Source: Caballeronia novacaledonica (lineage in GTDB: Bacteria > Pseudomonadota > Gammaproteobacteria > Burkholderiales > Burkholderiaceae_F). From it: DNA of 25,525 nucleotides. Below the pieces are notes generated by a model, which was not told the DNA's origin, did not search any database, and saw nothing but the letters and a program-made list of their open reading frames with translations. The position numbers and the translations under genes are program-made. Below, piece by piece: positions 1 to 11,237 of this stretch (position 1 is its first letter; each line of letters begins with the position of its first letter). The stretch spans positions 1 through 25,525 of the forward strand of contig JBHJND010000458.1 in NCBI GenBank assembly GCA_048497655.1. The letters are read 5' to 3'.

Positions 1-564
1 CGTCACGCCGCGCGCGCCCATCTCGGGCTCGGTCTTGGCGTAGACCACCAGGGTGTCGGCGTCGGGGCCGTTGGTGATCCACATCTTGCTGCCGTTCAGG
101 ACGTAGTAGCCGCCCCTGTCGTCCGCGCGCAGCTTCATCGAGATCACGTCGGAGCCGGCGCCCGCCTCGCTCATCGCCAGCGCGCCGACGTGCTCGCCGG
201 AGACCAGCTTCGGCAGGTACTTCTCCTTCTGCGCCGCGCTGCCGTTGCGGTGGATCTGGTTGACGCACAGGTTGGAGTGGGCGCCGTAGGACAGGCCGAC
301 CGAGGCCGAGGCGCGGCTTATCTCCTCCATCGCGATCATGTGCGCCAGGTAGCCCATGTTGGCGCCGCCGTACTCCTCGGCGACGGTGACACCGAGCACG
401 CCGAGCGAGCCCATCCTGCGCCACAGGTCCATCGGGAACTGGTCGGAACGGTCGATCTCGGCGGCGCGCGGCGCGATCTCGGCCTGCGCGAACTCGCGCA
501 CCGCGTCGCGCAGCGCCTCGATGTCGTCGCCGAGGCCGAAGTCGAGTCCGGGAAGCTGCTGCAT
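1..564 (-). CDS. ivd: Isovaleryl-CoA dehydrogenase (acyl-CoA dehydrogenase family), N-terminal part; runs off the left edge of the window
   Basis: Manual translation (not in the ORF track) from ATG 564 with upstream AGGAG: [55 protein letters not shown]...[15 protein letters not shown]...[21 protein letters not shown]...[15 protein letters not shown]. These are typical IVD motifs. Confidence 0.93.
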   Translation of the reverse strand, partial: MQQLPGLDFGLGDDIEALRDAVREFAQAEIAPRAAEIDRSDQFPMDLWRRMGSLGVLGVTVAEEYGGANMGYLAHMIAMEEISRASASVGLSYGAHSNLCVNQIHRNGSAAQKEKYLPKLVSGEHVGALAMSEAGAGSDVISMKLRADDRGGYYVLNGSKMWITNGPDADTLVVYAKTEPEMGARGVT

Positions 565-611
565 CAGGTTCTCCTGGCGGGTTCGTGCGGGGTACGGTGC
601 CGGCGCGCCGG

Positions 612-1067
612 TCAGACGCGCGGCTCGGCTTCCATGCCGTGCATCACCATCAACGTCTGCTGGATCGCGGCGATCAGCGTTTCGCGGCCGGCCTCCAGCG
701 CCCAGACATCGGCGCGGACGATCGACAGCGTGCGGCCGGGCTTGAGCACCTCGCCACGGGCGATCAGCCGTTCGCCCTTGGCCGGCGCCAGCATGTTGAT
801 CTTGAACTCCACCGTCAGTACGCCGGCACCGGGCGGCATCAGCGTGAAGGCGGCATAGCCGCCGGCCGAGTCGGCGATCATGCCGACCACGCCGCCGTGG
901 ACGAACTTGTGCTGCTGGGTGAGGTCGTCGCGCACCGGCAGTTCGATCGTGCAGCGGCCGGGCTCGACCCGCGTCATGGTCGCGCCGATCAGCGCCATCG
1001 CCGCCTGGCGGGCGAACGACTCGCGCACTCGCTGCTCGAACTGCGGATCGAGGATCTTGTACTGCAT
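612..1067 (-). CDS. PaaI family (hotdog-fold) acyl-CoA thioesterase
   Basis: [21 protein letters not shown]; hotdog motif [23 protein letters not shown] and [16 protein letters not shown]. Start placed at ATG 1067 with a TACGAT -10-like hexamer upstream. Directly upstream of ivd on the same strand. Confidence 0.9.
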   Translation of the reverse strand: MQYKILDPQFEQRVRESFARQAAMALIGATMTRVEPGRCTIELPVRDDLTQQHKFVHGGVVGMIADSAGGYAAFTLMPPGAGVLTVEFKINMLAPAKGERLIARGEVLKPGRTLSIVRADVWALEAGRETLIAAIQQTLMVMHGMEAEPRV

Positions 1068-1146
1068 GGCGGCGGACCTGCCAGGCGGGGCGGCAAGCCC
1101 CAATCGTAGCCGCGCGCCGGCCGGCCCGCGGCGGCCGCCGCCCGCC

Positions 1147-1614
1147 CTACGGGGCGGGACTGCGATCGGCCAGCAGGAAGCCGCCGCGCATGATCCGGTA
1201 CAGGTTCCAGATCCAGACGACGACGATGCCCAGCCCGCCGAGCATCGCCGCGCCGACGGTGGCGAAGATCGAGTCCCAGGCGATGCCGAAGCTGAACTCC
1301 TGCGCCTGGCCGCCGGTGCGGATCGCCTCGCGGAAGATCTCGCTGATGATTGGCCAGGCGCCGAAGAAGATCACCGCCAGGCAGGCGAGGTAGCCGAGCG
1401 CCGTCCACCACACCGTGCGGATCAGCCAGCGGTGGTGCGAGGCGAGGTAGCCTGCGCCGGCGACGTCGCGGCGGACGTAGCTGATGACCAGGCCGACCAG
1501 CGGGCCGAGCAGGAAACCGAATGCGCCGGTCGCCTGCAGCGCGTAGGCGACCCAGGCAACGCTGTACTCGGTGCTCGACGGCTCGGCGTCGGCGGCGTTG
1601 AATTCGGCGGGCAT
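1147..1614 (-). CDS. DUF4870-like inner membrane protein
   Basis: MPAEFNAAD...VAWVAYALQA...PLVGLVISYVRR...YLASHHRWLIRTVWW...VWIWNLYRIMRGG. About 3 hydrophobic segments and the SH-x-RWLIRT-x-W / YRI-x-RG pattern of this family. Confidence 0.75.
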   Translation of the reverse strand: MPAEFNAADAEPSSTEYSVAWVAYALQATGAFGFLLGPLVGLVISYVRRDVAGAGYLASHHRWLIRTVWWTALGYLACLAVIFFGAWPIISEIFREAIRTGGQAQEFSFGIAWDSIFATVGAAMLGGLGIVVVWIWNLYRIMRGGFLLADRSPAP

Positions 1615-1794
1615 CGGTCGGGCTCCTCGGATCGGCGCAGATCGTAGCTCCCGCCGTCGCCGGCGGCGCGCAGCCCACGGCACGAATTGCGCAGTCCGTC
1701 GCACCGCCGCCGCCCGGAGCCCTTCCTGCGGAACCTCGGCGAAGCGCGCAACCGCGCCGTGCCGACCGCGCGGCGCTTGCTACCCTCGCTGCCC

Positions 1795-3603
<1,809 letters not shown>

Positions 3604-3610
3604 CCGGCGT

Positions 3611-4066
3611 TCAGCCGGCGGCGTCGCGGGCGCGCATCTTCGCCGCGATGTAGTCGCCATGCGGCACGTGCAGCAGCTCGGCGATCCGGCGCAGCACGTG
3701 CTGCTCGTGCGCGCCGAGCGCGGCGTCGGCGTAGGCGACCTGCCACATCAGCTCGATCACCCGCAGCTTCTGCGCCGGCGAGAAGTCGCGGTTGATCAGC
3801 GAGGTGAACTGGTAGGTGTCGTTGGCCAGCCGGCTCTCCTGCTCGGCCAGCTCGACCAGCGCTGCCGCCTCCTGCGGCGCCAGCGAGAACTTGCCGCCGA
3901 GGGCCGCCAGCATCGCCTCGCGCTCGGCCGGCGCGATGGTGCCGTCGGAGCGCACCACCTCGACCAGCAGCGCGGCGGTGGCCAGCTGCAGGCGGTGCGC
4001 CTCGGGCGCCGCCGCAGCGGCCTGGCCGAGGTTCTGTTCGAAGAAGTCGCGGATCGCCTTGAGCAT
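3611..4066 (-). CDS. TerB family (tellurite-resistance-like) protein
   Basis: MLKAIRDFFEQ...LQLATAALLVEVVRSDG...DTYQFTSLIN...KLRVIELMWQVAYAD...HEQHVLRRIAELLHV. Typical stand-alone TerB-like pattern. Confidence 0.85.
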   Translation of the reverse strand: MLKAIRDFFEQNLGQAAAAAPEAHRLQLATAALLVEVVRSDGTIAPAEREAMLAALGGKFSLAPQEAAALVELAEQESRLANDTYQFTSLINRDFSPAQKLRVIELMWQVAYADAALGAHEQHVLRRIAELLHVPHGDYIAAKMRARDAAG

Positions 4067-4193
4067 CGGTCTTCGGTCGGGGCCGGCCGCTGCGCGGCGG
4101 CGGATGCGGCAACGAACGGACGATAATGCAGGCGGGGAATCGTCACCAACCGGCGCCGTCCGCGGCGGGCGAGGGCCGGACGACAACGACACG

Positions 4194-4688
4194 ATGCATG
4201 CGCGTTTTCACATCGTCGGCTGTGCGGTCGCCGCGCAGCCCGACCAGGAGGCGATCGACGAGTTCGTCGAATGGGCGCGCCGCTTCGGCGCCCTGGTGCT
4301 GTCGCAGGACGACGTCAAGGCGGCGTTCGTGCAGTACGACGCCGCTGGCGCGCAGCTGATCCTGCACGGCTGCCGCACCGCCGCCAGCCGCCGCCAGCCG
4401 CCGCTTCGCTTCGGCTTTGCCTCGGGGGTCAAGGAAGCCAACGGCCCGGGCGGCGCGCCGCGGGTCGGCAGCCGCGGCCTGCAGCAGGCATGCGACCTGG
4501 CCGCGGCAGCGCGTCCGGGCCAGGTGCTGGTTTCATCGCAGCTCGGTTCGCTGCTGCAACTGGCCGGGCTCGAGCCCTGCGAGCGCCTTCTGTCCAGACG
4601 CCTCGTGCTGCCCGACGGACGCCCGGCGTCGGCCTTCCTGGTCGAGCCGCCGCGTGCGCGATCGTCCGCCGATCGGCCGCCGGCATGA
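4194..4688 (+). CDS. Hypothetical protein resembling a degenerate class III nucleotidyl cyclase domain
   Basis: 164 aa. LRFGFASG...VGSRGLQQACDLAAAARPGQVLVSSQL resembles cyclase LRIGIHTG...GDAVNLAARL...AKPGQILVS. Its stop overlaps the next ATG (ATGA at 4685-4688), which supports a real coupled gene. Confidence 0.65.
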   Translation: MHARFHIVGCAVAAQPDQEAIDEFVEWARRFGALVLSQDDVKAAFVQYDAAGAQLILHGCRTAASRRQPPLRFGFASGVKEANGPGGAPRVGSRGLQQACDLAAAARPGQVLVSSQLGSLLQLAGLEPCERLLSRRLVLPDGRPASAFLVEPPRARSSADRPPA

Positions 4689-5773
4689 ATCCGCTCGAGC
4701 ACGAGCTCGCCTACCCGTGGCCCGACGTGCCGGCGCTCGGCACGGCTGCCGTGCTGCGGCCCGGACTGCACTGGGTGCGCATGCGGCTGCCGTTCGCGCT
4801 CGACCACATCAACCTGTGGCTGCTCGACGACGAGATCGACGGGGTGCGCGGCTGGACCATCGTCGACTGCGGCATCACCTCCGACGAGACCAAGGCGGCG
4901 TGGGAGACGATCTTCGATGCGGTGTTCGCCGGCCGGCCGCTGCTGCGCCTGATCGCCACCCACTTTCATCCGGACCACCTGGGTCTGGCGCACTGGCTCG
5001 CCGCCGGCGGCGAGAGCCGTCGCTGGAGCGCGCCGCTGTGGATGAGCGCCACCGAGTGGACCATCGGCCGCCTGCTGTCGCAGACGAAGGGCGAACTGGG
5101 CGACGAGGCGGGTGAGCGGACCGCCGCGCACTTCGCCCGCCACGGCCTGGCCGACGCGGAGTCGCTGGCCAAGGTCCGCGCGCGCGGCGCCGGCTACTAC
5201 GCGAAGCTGGTGCCGGCGGTGCCGCCGTCGTACCGGCGGATCCAGCACGGCCAGTCGATCGCCATCGGCCCGCACGGCGCCAAGCGGGTGTTCGAGGTGA
5301 TCGTCGGCCACGGCCACGCGCCCGAGCACGTGTCGCTGTTCTGTGCCGAGGACGGCCTGCTGGTCTCCGGCGACATGGTGCTGCCGCGCATCTCGACCAA
5401 CGTCAGCGTGTTCGAGGTCGAGCCGGAGGGCAACCCGCTGCCGCAGTACCTGCATTCGCTCGACCGTTACCTGCAACTGCCGCAGGACACGCTGGTGCTG
5501 CCTTCGCACGGCAAGCCGTTCCTCGGCCTGCACAAGCGCGTCGCGCAGCAGCACGCGCACCACCGGGCCCGCCTGGACGACGTGCTGGCAGCCTGCGCGC
5601 GGCCGGCGAGCGCCGCCGACATCGTGCCGGTGCTGTTCCCGCGCGAACTCGACCTGCACCAGACGTCCTTCGCCCTCGGCGAGTCGCTGGCACACCTGCA
5701 CGCGCTATGGTTCGACGGCCGCCTCGAGCGCCGGCTCGGCAGCGATGGCGTCTACCGTTTCGCCGCGCGCTAG
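4685..5773 (+). CDS. MBL-fold metallo-hydrolase
   Basis: MNPLEHELAYPW...RMRLPFALDHINLWLL...THFHPDHLGLA (HxHxDH), GHGHAPEH, SGDMVLPRIS, LPSHG. Confidence 0.93.
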   Translation: MNPLEHELAYPWPDVPALGTAAVLRPGLHWVRMRLPFALDHINLWLLDDEIDGVRGWTIVDCGITSDETKAAWETIFDAVFAGRPLLRLIATHFHPDHLGLAHWLAAGGESRRWSAPLWMSATEWTIGRLLSQTKGELGDEAGERTAAHFARHGLADAESLAKVRARGAGYYAKLVPAVPPSYRRIQHGQSIAIGPHGAKRVFEVIVGHGHAPEHVSLFCAEDGLLVSGDMVLPRISTNVSVFEVEPEGNPLPQYLHSLDRYLQLPQDTLVLPSHGKPFLGLHKRVAQQHAHHRARLDDVLAACARPASAADIVPVLFPRELDLHQTSFALGESLAHLHALWFDGRLERRLGSDGVYRFAAR

Positions 5774-5809
5774 CGTCCGCAGCGCCGCCCCGAACCGAAC
5801 CTAGGGACC

Positions 5810-7027
5810 ATGAGCGACGACAGCAACCGCCGACCCGCGACGCAACTGGTCACGCTCGGCCGCGACGCCGGCGACGGCTTCGACTACGTCAATCCGCTGC
5901 TGGTGCGCGGCTCGACCGTGCTGCACGCCGACGTGGCGGACATGCGCAGCCGGGTGGGCCGCCGCAACGCCGGCGAGGACGGCGAAGGCGGCACGCCGGC
6001 CGCCTACGGCATCTACGGCACGCCGTCGCACCTCGCCTTCTACAAGGCGCTGACCGCGCTCGAAGGCGGCCACCGCAGCTGGGCCTTCCCGTCGGGGCTC
6101 ACCGCCTGCACGATGGCCATCCTCGCCTTCGTGCAGCAGGGCGACCACGTGCTGGTGCCCGACTCGGTGTACGGGCCGACGCGCCGCTTCGCCCGCGACA
6201 CGCTGCCGCGCTACGGCGTGCAGGCGAGCTTCTACGACCCGCGCATCGGCGAGCAGGGCCGCGCCGCGGTGGAGGCGCTGTTCCGGTCGAACACGCGGCT
6301 GCTGTTCCTCGAGTCGCCGGGCTCGCTGACCTTCGAGATGCAGGACGTGCCGCTGCTGGCGCAGGTCGCCCGCGCGCACGACACGGTGAGCGTCATCGAC
6401 AACACCTGGGCCACGCCGCTGTACTTCCGGCCGCTGGCGCACGGGGTCGACGTGTCGGTGCACGCGGCGACCAAGTACATCGGCGGCCACTCGGATCTGA
6501 TCATCGGCACGGTCACCTGCAACGAGCGCGCCTGGCCGCGCATGCGCGAGACGATCCACCACTACGGGCTGACCACCAGCCCGGACGACTGCTGGCTGGC
6601 GCTGCGCGGCCTGCGCTCGATGGGCGCGCGGCTGGTGCAGCACCGCGCCACCGCGGAAGCGTTGATCGCCTGGCTGAAGCGGCAGCCGGAGGTCGAGCGC
6701 ATCCTGTACCCGGCCGACCCCGGCGATCCGGGCCACGCGCTGTGGCAGCGCGACATGAGCGGTGCCTCGGGGCTGTTCGGCGTGGTGCTGAAGCCGGGCG
6801 TTGCCGAGGCGCGCTTTGCGGCCTTCATCGACGGCATGCGGCTGTTCGGCCGCGGTTACTCGTGGGGCGGTTTCGAGAGCCTGCTGATCCCGGCGCTGCC
6901 GGAGCGGACGGTGACGCCGTACGAGTACGCCGGCAGGCTGTTCCGCATCGGTGCCGGGCTGGAGGATCCGGCCGATCTGATCGCCGACCTCGACGCCGGC
7001 TTCGCGCGGCTGCGCGCGGCAGGCTGA
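5810..7027 (+). CDS. metC: Cystathionine beta-lyase (PLP-dependent, Cys/Met metabolism)
   Basis: VNPLLVRGSTVL, YGIYGTP, FLESPGSLTFEMQD, IDNTWATP, PLP-lysine motif HAATKYIGGHSD, LRGLRS, GYSWGGFESL, GLEDPADLIADL. Confidence 0.93.
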   Translation: MSDDSNRRPATQLVTLGRDAGDGFDYVNPLLVRGSTVLHADVADMRSRVGRRNAGEDGEGGTPAAYGIYGTPSHLAFYKALTALEGGHRSWAFPSGLTACTMAILAFVQQGDHVLVPDSVYGPTRRFARDTLPRYGVQASFYDPRIGEQGRAAVEALFRSNTRLLFLESPGSLTFEMQDVPLLAQVARAHDTVSVIDNTWATPLYFRPLAHGVDVSVHAATKYIGGHSDLIIGTVTCNERAWPRMRETIHHYGLTTSPDDCWLALRGLRSMGARLVQHRATAEALIAWLKRQPEVERILYPADPGDPGHALWQRDMSGASGLFGVVLKPGVAEARFAAFIDGMRLFGRGYSWGGFESLLIPALPERTVTPYEYAGRLFRIGAGLEDPADLIADLDAGFARLRAAG

Positions 7028-7039
7028 GCCTGGCGTCCG

Positions 7040-7810
7040 TCAACCGGCCGCGGTCGGCGGGCGGCGCGGCTTGTGCGGCCGGTTGCCGAAGGCGCGGTCG
7101 AACAGGCGGTTCGGAGCCAGCCGCAGCAGCCCGGCGACGACGCCCATCTGCCAGGGAATGACGCGGTAGGAGACGCCGGCGAGCATCGCCTCGACCGCCT
7201 GCCGGGCGAAGTCGGCCGGCTCCATCAGGAACGGCATCCGGTAGGGATTCTTCGCCGTCAGCGGCGTGCGCACGAATCCGGGGGCGATCGTCACCACCTT
7301 CACGCCGCTGCGCTTCAGTTCGACGCGCAGGCTCTCGCAGTAGCTCGCCACCGCCGCCTTCGAGGCGCAGTACGCCTCCGAGCCGGGCAGGCCGCGCACG
7401 CCGGCCACGCTGGAGATGCCCACCAGCGTGCCGCGGCCGCGCGCGCGCATGCGGGCGATGAACGGGTGGAAGGTGTAGGCCATCGCCAGCACGTTGGTCT
7501 CGAAGACGTCGCCGAAGGCCTCGAGGTCCTCGTAGTGCTCGGTCAGCACGCCGACCGAGATGCCGGCGTTGGCCACCACGATGTCGGCACCGCCGGTGGC
7601 ATCGTCGAAGGCGCGGCCGGCGGCGATCAGCGCGTCCTTGTCGGTGACGTCGACGGCGTAGACGTGATGCCGCCCCGGCACCCGGGCGACCATCTCGTCG
7701 AGGGGTGCCCGCCGCCGCGCCACCAGACCGAGCACGGCGCCGCGGCGCGCGAACTCGGCGGCGAGCGCGGCGCCGATGCCGCTGGAGGCGCCGGTTAGGA
7801 AGACGTTCAT
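7040..7810 (-). CDS. Short-chain dehydrogenase/reductase (SDR)
   Basis: TGASSGIG Rossmann motif, ANAG, catalytic YCASK, PGFVRTP. Lies downstream of dsbA, as is common in betaproteobacteria. Confidence 0.93.
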   Translation of the reverse strand: MNVFLTGASSGIGAALAAEFARRGAVLGLVARRRAPLDEMVARVPGRHHVYAVDVTDKDALIAAGRAFDDATGGADIVVANAGISVGVLTEHYEDLEAFGDVFETNVLAMAYTFHPFIARMRARGRGTLVGISSVAGVRGLPGSEAYCASKAAVASYCESLRVELKRSGVKVVTIAPGFVRTPLTAKNPYRMPFLMEPADFARQAVEAMLAGVSYRVIPWQMGVVAGLLRLAPNRLFDRAFGNRPHKPRRPPTAAG

Positions 7811-7858
7811 CGATCGGTCAGCGGGGCCGGCGCGAAATTCGACTCCGCCCCCGATTTC

Positions 7859-8509
7859 CTACTTCTTGGCGGCGCGTTCCTTGCGGGCCAGCACGACCAG
7901 GTAGTCCATCACCGGCAGCGTGGCGGCGCGGCTGCCGGCCATCGACGGCGCCGTCATCCACTTGCCGTCGATGGCGACCGCCGGCGTGCCGTCGAGCTTG
8001 TAGGCCTCCCAGATCTGCGTCGCCCGGCTGGTCTGCGTGGCCACGCCGAACGAGTTGAAGGTGTCGAGCCAGAGCTTGCGGTCGATGCCGTTGGCGGCCA
8101 TGAAGTCGGCGATCTCGTTCGGGTCGAGCAGCCTCTTCTTCTGCCCGTGGTAGGCGGCGAACACCTTCTTGTGCATCTCGTCGACCTTGCCCAGCTGCAG
8201 CAGCGTGTAGTAGATCTTGGTGTGGTTGGCGGTCGCCGGGCTGAAGGCCACCGGCAGGCGGCGGTACTCGACGTCGGCCGGCATCTTCTTGCGCCACGCC
8301 TCCAGGTCGGGATCGAAGCTGGCGCAGTGCGGGCAGCTGTACTGGAAGAACTCCAGCACCTCGATCTTGTTGCCGGTGTCCACCGGCTGCCGCGGGTTCA
8401 CGTCGCGGTAGTCGCGCAGCGCCACCGGCTCCTTCGGCTGGGCGAATGTGATCGAAGCGGCCGGCGCCAGCGCGGCAGCAACAACGAAACGGCGGCGGGT
8501 CGATTGCAT
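7859..8509 (-). CDS. dsbA: Thiol:disulfide interchange protein DsbA
   Basis: IEVLEFFQYSCPHCASF (CPHC), cis-Pro loop GTPAVAIDGK, N-terminal signal peptide. Confidence 0.95.
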   Translation of the reverse strand: MQSTRRRFVVAAALAPAASITFAQPKEPVALRDYRDVNPRQPVDTGNKIEVLEFFQYSCPHCASFDPDLEAWRKKMPADVEYRRLPVAFSPATANHTKIYYTLLQLGKVDEMHKKVFAAYHGQKKRLLDPNEIADFMAANGIDRKLWLDTFNSFGVATQTSRATQIWEAYKLDGTPAVAIDGKWMTAPSMAGSRAATLPVMDYLVVLARKERAAKK

Positions 8510-8589
8510 GGCGGGTTCCTTCTCGTCGATGGTCAGGTCACGGGCATGCCCGGCGGGCTCGCCCCGGGGAAGAAGAGCTAACGCAGTGA

Positions 8590-8626
8590 CCGCCGCCGCG
8601 GCTGACGGTTCCCGTTGCGGCGGCGG
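8590..8626. terminator. GC-rich hairpin just downstream of the SPOR gene
   Basis: CCGCCGCCGC (8590-8599) pairs with GCGGCGGCGG (8617-8626), with an inner ACGG/CCGT stem. No U-tract, so termination function is uncertain. Confidence 0.3.
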
Positions 8627-8632
8627 GCGGCA

Positions 8633-9229
8633 TCAGCGCAGCCGGACGATCTGCGCTTCGATGCTGTTGTCGGCCAGCAGCTTGCGCACCCGGTTGACGT
8701 CGTCGAGCTGGCCGTAGGGGCCGAGGCGCACCCGGTACAGCGTCTGGCCGCCCTACTCGATCGGGAAGATGCGCGCGTCCAGGCCAAGCATCGCCAGTTG
8801 CGCGCGCATGCCGTCGGCGTCCTCGGCCGACTTGAACGCCCCGGCCTGCAGCAGGAAGCGCGATCCGTCGGCGGTCTCCTGCTTGGCGGCGGCGGCCTCG
8901 GGGGTGGCCGGTGACGGCTCCGCCTTGGCGGCCGGTGCCGCCGGTGCGGCCGGCGGCGCGCCGGCGGCAGGCGGTGCAGCAGGCGGCGCCATGTGCAGGC
9001 CCTTGTTGGGATCCGGCAGCTTGCCGTCGGCCGGCAGCGCCGAGCCCGTCGACGGCGGCCGCACCTTGGTGACGAACGGCAGCGGCGCGTTGCTGATGTA
9101 CAGCGCCACCGCCACCGCGATGGCCAGGCCGACCACCAGGCCGATCACGAAGCCGAGCAGCATGCCGCCGCGCTGGCGGGAAACGCCCTGTTGCATCCGT
9201 CGCTTCAATTCCGTTCCAGCAGTGGACAT
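8633..9229 (-). pseudogene. SPOR-domain cell division protein (FtsN-like) interrupted by an in-frame TAG at 8753-8755
   Basis: N-terminal RQRGG plus TM helix, Pro/Ala linker, and SPOR start FLLQAGAFKSAEDADGMRAQLAMLGLDARIFPIE-TAG. The same frame continues GGQTLYRVRLGPYGQLDDVNRVRKLLADNSIEAQIVRLR-TGA(8633-8635). It sits between argS and dsbA. Could be a truncated allele, a read-through or a base-call error. Confidence 0.85.
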
Positions 9230-9247
9230 CGGCCGCCGCGGCGCCGT

Positions 9248-10963
9248 CTACATGCGCTCGGGCGCCGACACGCCGAGCAACCGCAGCCCATTGCGCAGCA
9301 CCTGACGGGTGGCCAGCAGCAACGCCAGCCTGGCATCGCGCAGCGCGCCGTCGTCGACCAGCACGCGCTCGGCATTGTAGAAGGCGTGGAAATCCGCCGC
9401 GAGATCCTTCAGGTAGAAGGCGATCTGGTGCGGCGCCAGCTCGCCGGCCGCATCTCGCAGCGCCTGCGGGTACAGCGCCAGCCGGGCTAGCAGGGCAAGT
9501 TCGCGCGCGCCGGCCAGCGGCGACAGGTCGCGCTGCAGCGCCGCGGCCTCGTCGAAGGCGACGCCAGCGGCGGCCGCCTGCGCCAGCACCGAGCAGATGC
9601 GCGCGTGCGCGTACTGCACGTAGTACACCGGGTTGTCCTCGCTCTGCGACAGCGCCAGGTCGACGTCGAAGGCGAACTCGGTGTCGGCCTTGCGCGAGGC
9701 GAGGAAGAAGCGCGTCGCGTCGCGGCCGACCCAGTCGACCAGGTCACGCAGCGTCACGTAGCTGCCGGCGCGCTTGGACATCTTGACCTCTTCGCCGCCG
9801 CGCACCACGCGCACCATCTTGTGCAGCAGGTAGTCCGGGTAGCCGCGCGGGATCGCCATGCCGAGGCTGCCCGCCGCCGCCTGCACGCCGGCGCGCACGC
9901 GCTCCACCGTGCCGTGGTGGTCGGAGCCCTGCACGTTGATCACCTTGCCGAAGCCGCGCTCGAACTTGGCGAGGTGGTAGGCGACGTCCGGCACGAAGTA
10001 GGTGTAGGTGCCGTCGGACTTGCGCATCACGCGGTCCTTGTCGTCGAGGCTCCCCTCGACCTCGGTGGTGCGCAGCCACAGCGCGCCCTCGGCTTCGTAG
10101 GTCATGCCGGAGTCGATCATCGCCCTGACCGCCGCCTCGACGCGGCCGTCGGCGTACAGCGACGACTCGAGGTAGAAGTGGTCGAAGGCGACGCCGAAGG
10201 CGGCGAGATCCGTGTCCTGCTCGTGCCGCAGGTAGGCGACCGCGAAGCGGCGGATGTTCTCCAGGTCGTCGAGGTCGCCGCCGGCGACCACCGGCGCGCC
10301 GTCGCGTGCGGTCTGCGTGGCGCCGGCGAGGAACTCGCGGGCAATGTCGACGATGTACTCGCCCCGGTAGCCGGCCTCCGGGAACTCGACGGCCCGGCCG
10401 GCCAGTTCCTTCGCACGCGCCTGCACCAACAGCGCTAGGTTGTGGATCTGCACGCCGGCGTCGTTGTAGTAGAACTCGCGCCTCACGTCCCAGCCCTGCG
10501 CGGCGAGCAGCGCCGCCAGCGCGTCGCCGATCGCCGCCTGCCGGGCGTGGCCGACGTGCAGCGGCCCGGTCGGGTTGGCGGAGACGAACTCGACCATCAC
10601 CTTGCGCCCGCCGCCGGCGGTCGAGGTGCCGAAGCAGTCGCCTTCGCGCAGCACCGCGTGCACCACCGACTGCTTGGCGGCGGCGGCGATGCGCAGGTTG
10701 ATGAAGCCCGGTCCGGCGATCTCGACCGAGTCGATCAGGCCGTCGGCGGCCGGGTTGACCTTCAGCGCGTCGGCGATCGCCTGGGCGACCTCGCGCGGGT
10801 TTCGCTTCAGCGTTCGCGCCACCTGCATGGCGACGTTGCAGGCGAGGTCGCCATGCGCCGGGACCTTCGGCCGCTCCAGCTGCGCGGTCACGCCGGCCGC
10901 CCCGATGCCGGCGAGGGCCTGCTCGATCAGCGCGGCGATCCGCTTTGTCTGTTCGGGAAGCAT
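9248..10963 (-). CDS. argS: Arginine--tRNA ligase
   Basis: [36 protein letters not shown] (HIGH-like), [22 protein letters not shown]. Start at ATG 10963 (MLPEQ). Confidence 0.98.
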   Translation of the reverse strand: MLPEQTKRIAALIEQALAGIGAAGVTAQLERPKVPAHGDLACNVAMQVARTLKRNPREVAQAIADALKVNPAADGLIDSVEIAGPGFINLRIAAAAKQSVVHAVLREGDCFGTSTAGGGRKVMVEFVSANPTGPLHVGHARQAAIGDALAALLAAQGWDVRREFYYNDAGVQIHNLALLVQARAKELAGRAVEFPEAGYRGEYIVDIAREFLAGATQTARDGAPVVAGGDLDDLENIRRFAVAYLRHEQDTDLAAFGVAFDHFYLESSLYADGRVEAAVRAMIDSGMTYEAEGALWLRTTEVEGSLDDKDRVMRKSDGTYTYFVPDVAYHLAKFERGFGKVINVQGSDHHGTVERVRAGVQAAAGSLGMAIPRGYPDYLLHKMVRVVRGGEEVKMSKRAGSYVTLRDLVDWVGRDATRFFLASRKADTEFAFDVDLALSQSEDNPVYYVQYAHARICSVLAQAAAAGVAFDEAAALQRDLSPLAGARELALLARLALYPQALRDAAGELAPHQIAFYLKDLAADFHAFYNAERVLVDDGALRDARLALLLATRQVLRNGLRLLGVSAPERM

Positions 10964-10991
10964 CGTTGCCGGGGCTCGCGCAAAGCGCCGC

Positions 10992-10997
10992 ATTCTA
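10992..10997 (-). promoter_or_regulatory. Candidate sigma70 -10 element of argS (TAGAAT)
   Basis: TAGAAT on the minus strand, 28 nt upstream of the argS ATG, in otherwise very GC-rich DNA. Confidence 0.45.
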
Positions 10998-11237
10998 CTG
11001 GCGGGCGCGCCTGCGGCCGCCGCCGCGCCACCGGCGCAGTCCCGCGCCGGCGCCGGACGCTGCGTCGGCGGGCCGCCGGCACGCTGGCGCAATTCGGCCG
11101 CCGGGACTACCGTCTCGCGGGGGTCTTGCGAGGTCGATGTACGCGCCGGCAACATGCTCCCGCTGGCCTGGCGAAGTGCCGGCGGCAGGCCGGTGCAGAG
11201 CCTGGATCTGCGGTAGCGCAACTTTCGAGGGGATCCG

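Noticed and set aside
3611-4066. TerB as evidence of a tellurite-resistance or phage-defence island
   Set aside because: It is a single stand-alone TerB-like gene with no other ter genes, mobility genes or compositional shift.
8900-9010. Short GC repeats in the SPOR linker and in 12140-12240
   Set aside because: They encode Pro/Ala low-complexity linkers; no regular repeat-spacer structure, so not CRISPR or REP.
10964-11237. 274-bp argS intergenic region as a possible T-box, riboswitch or ncRNA
   Set aside because: Only short GC hairpins expected by chance; no T-box or other recognisable RNA motif, and the candidate argS -10 leaves a very short leader.
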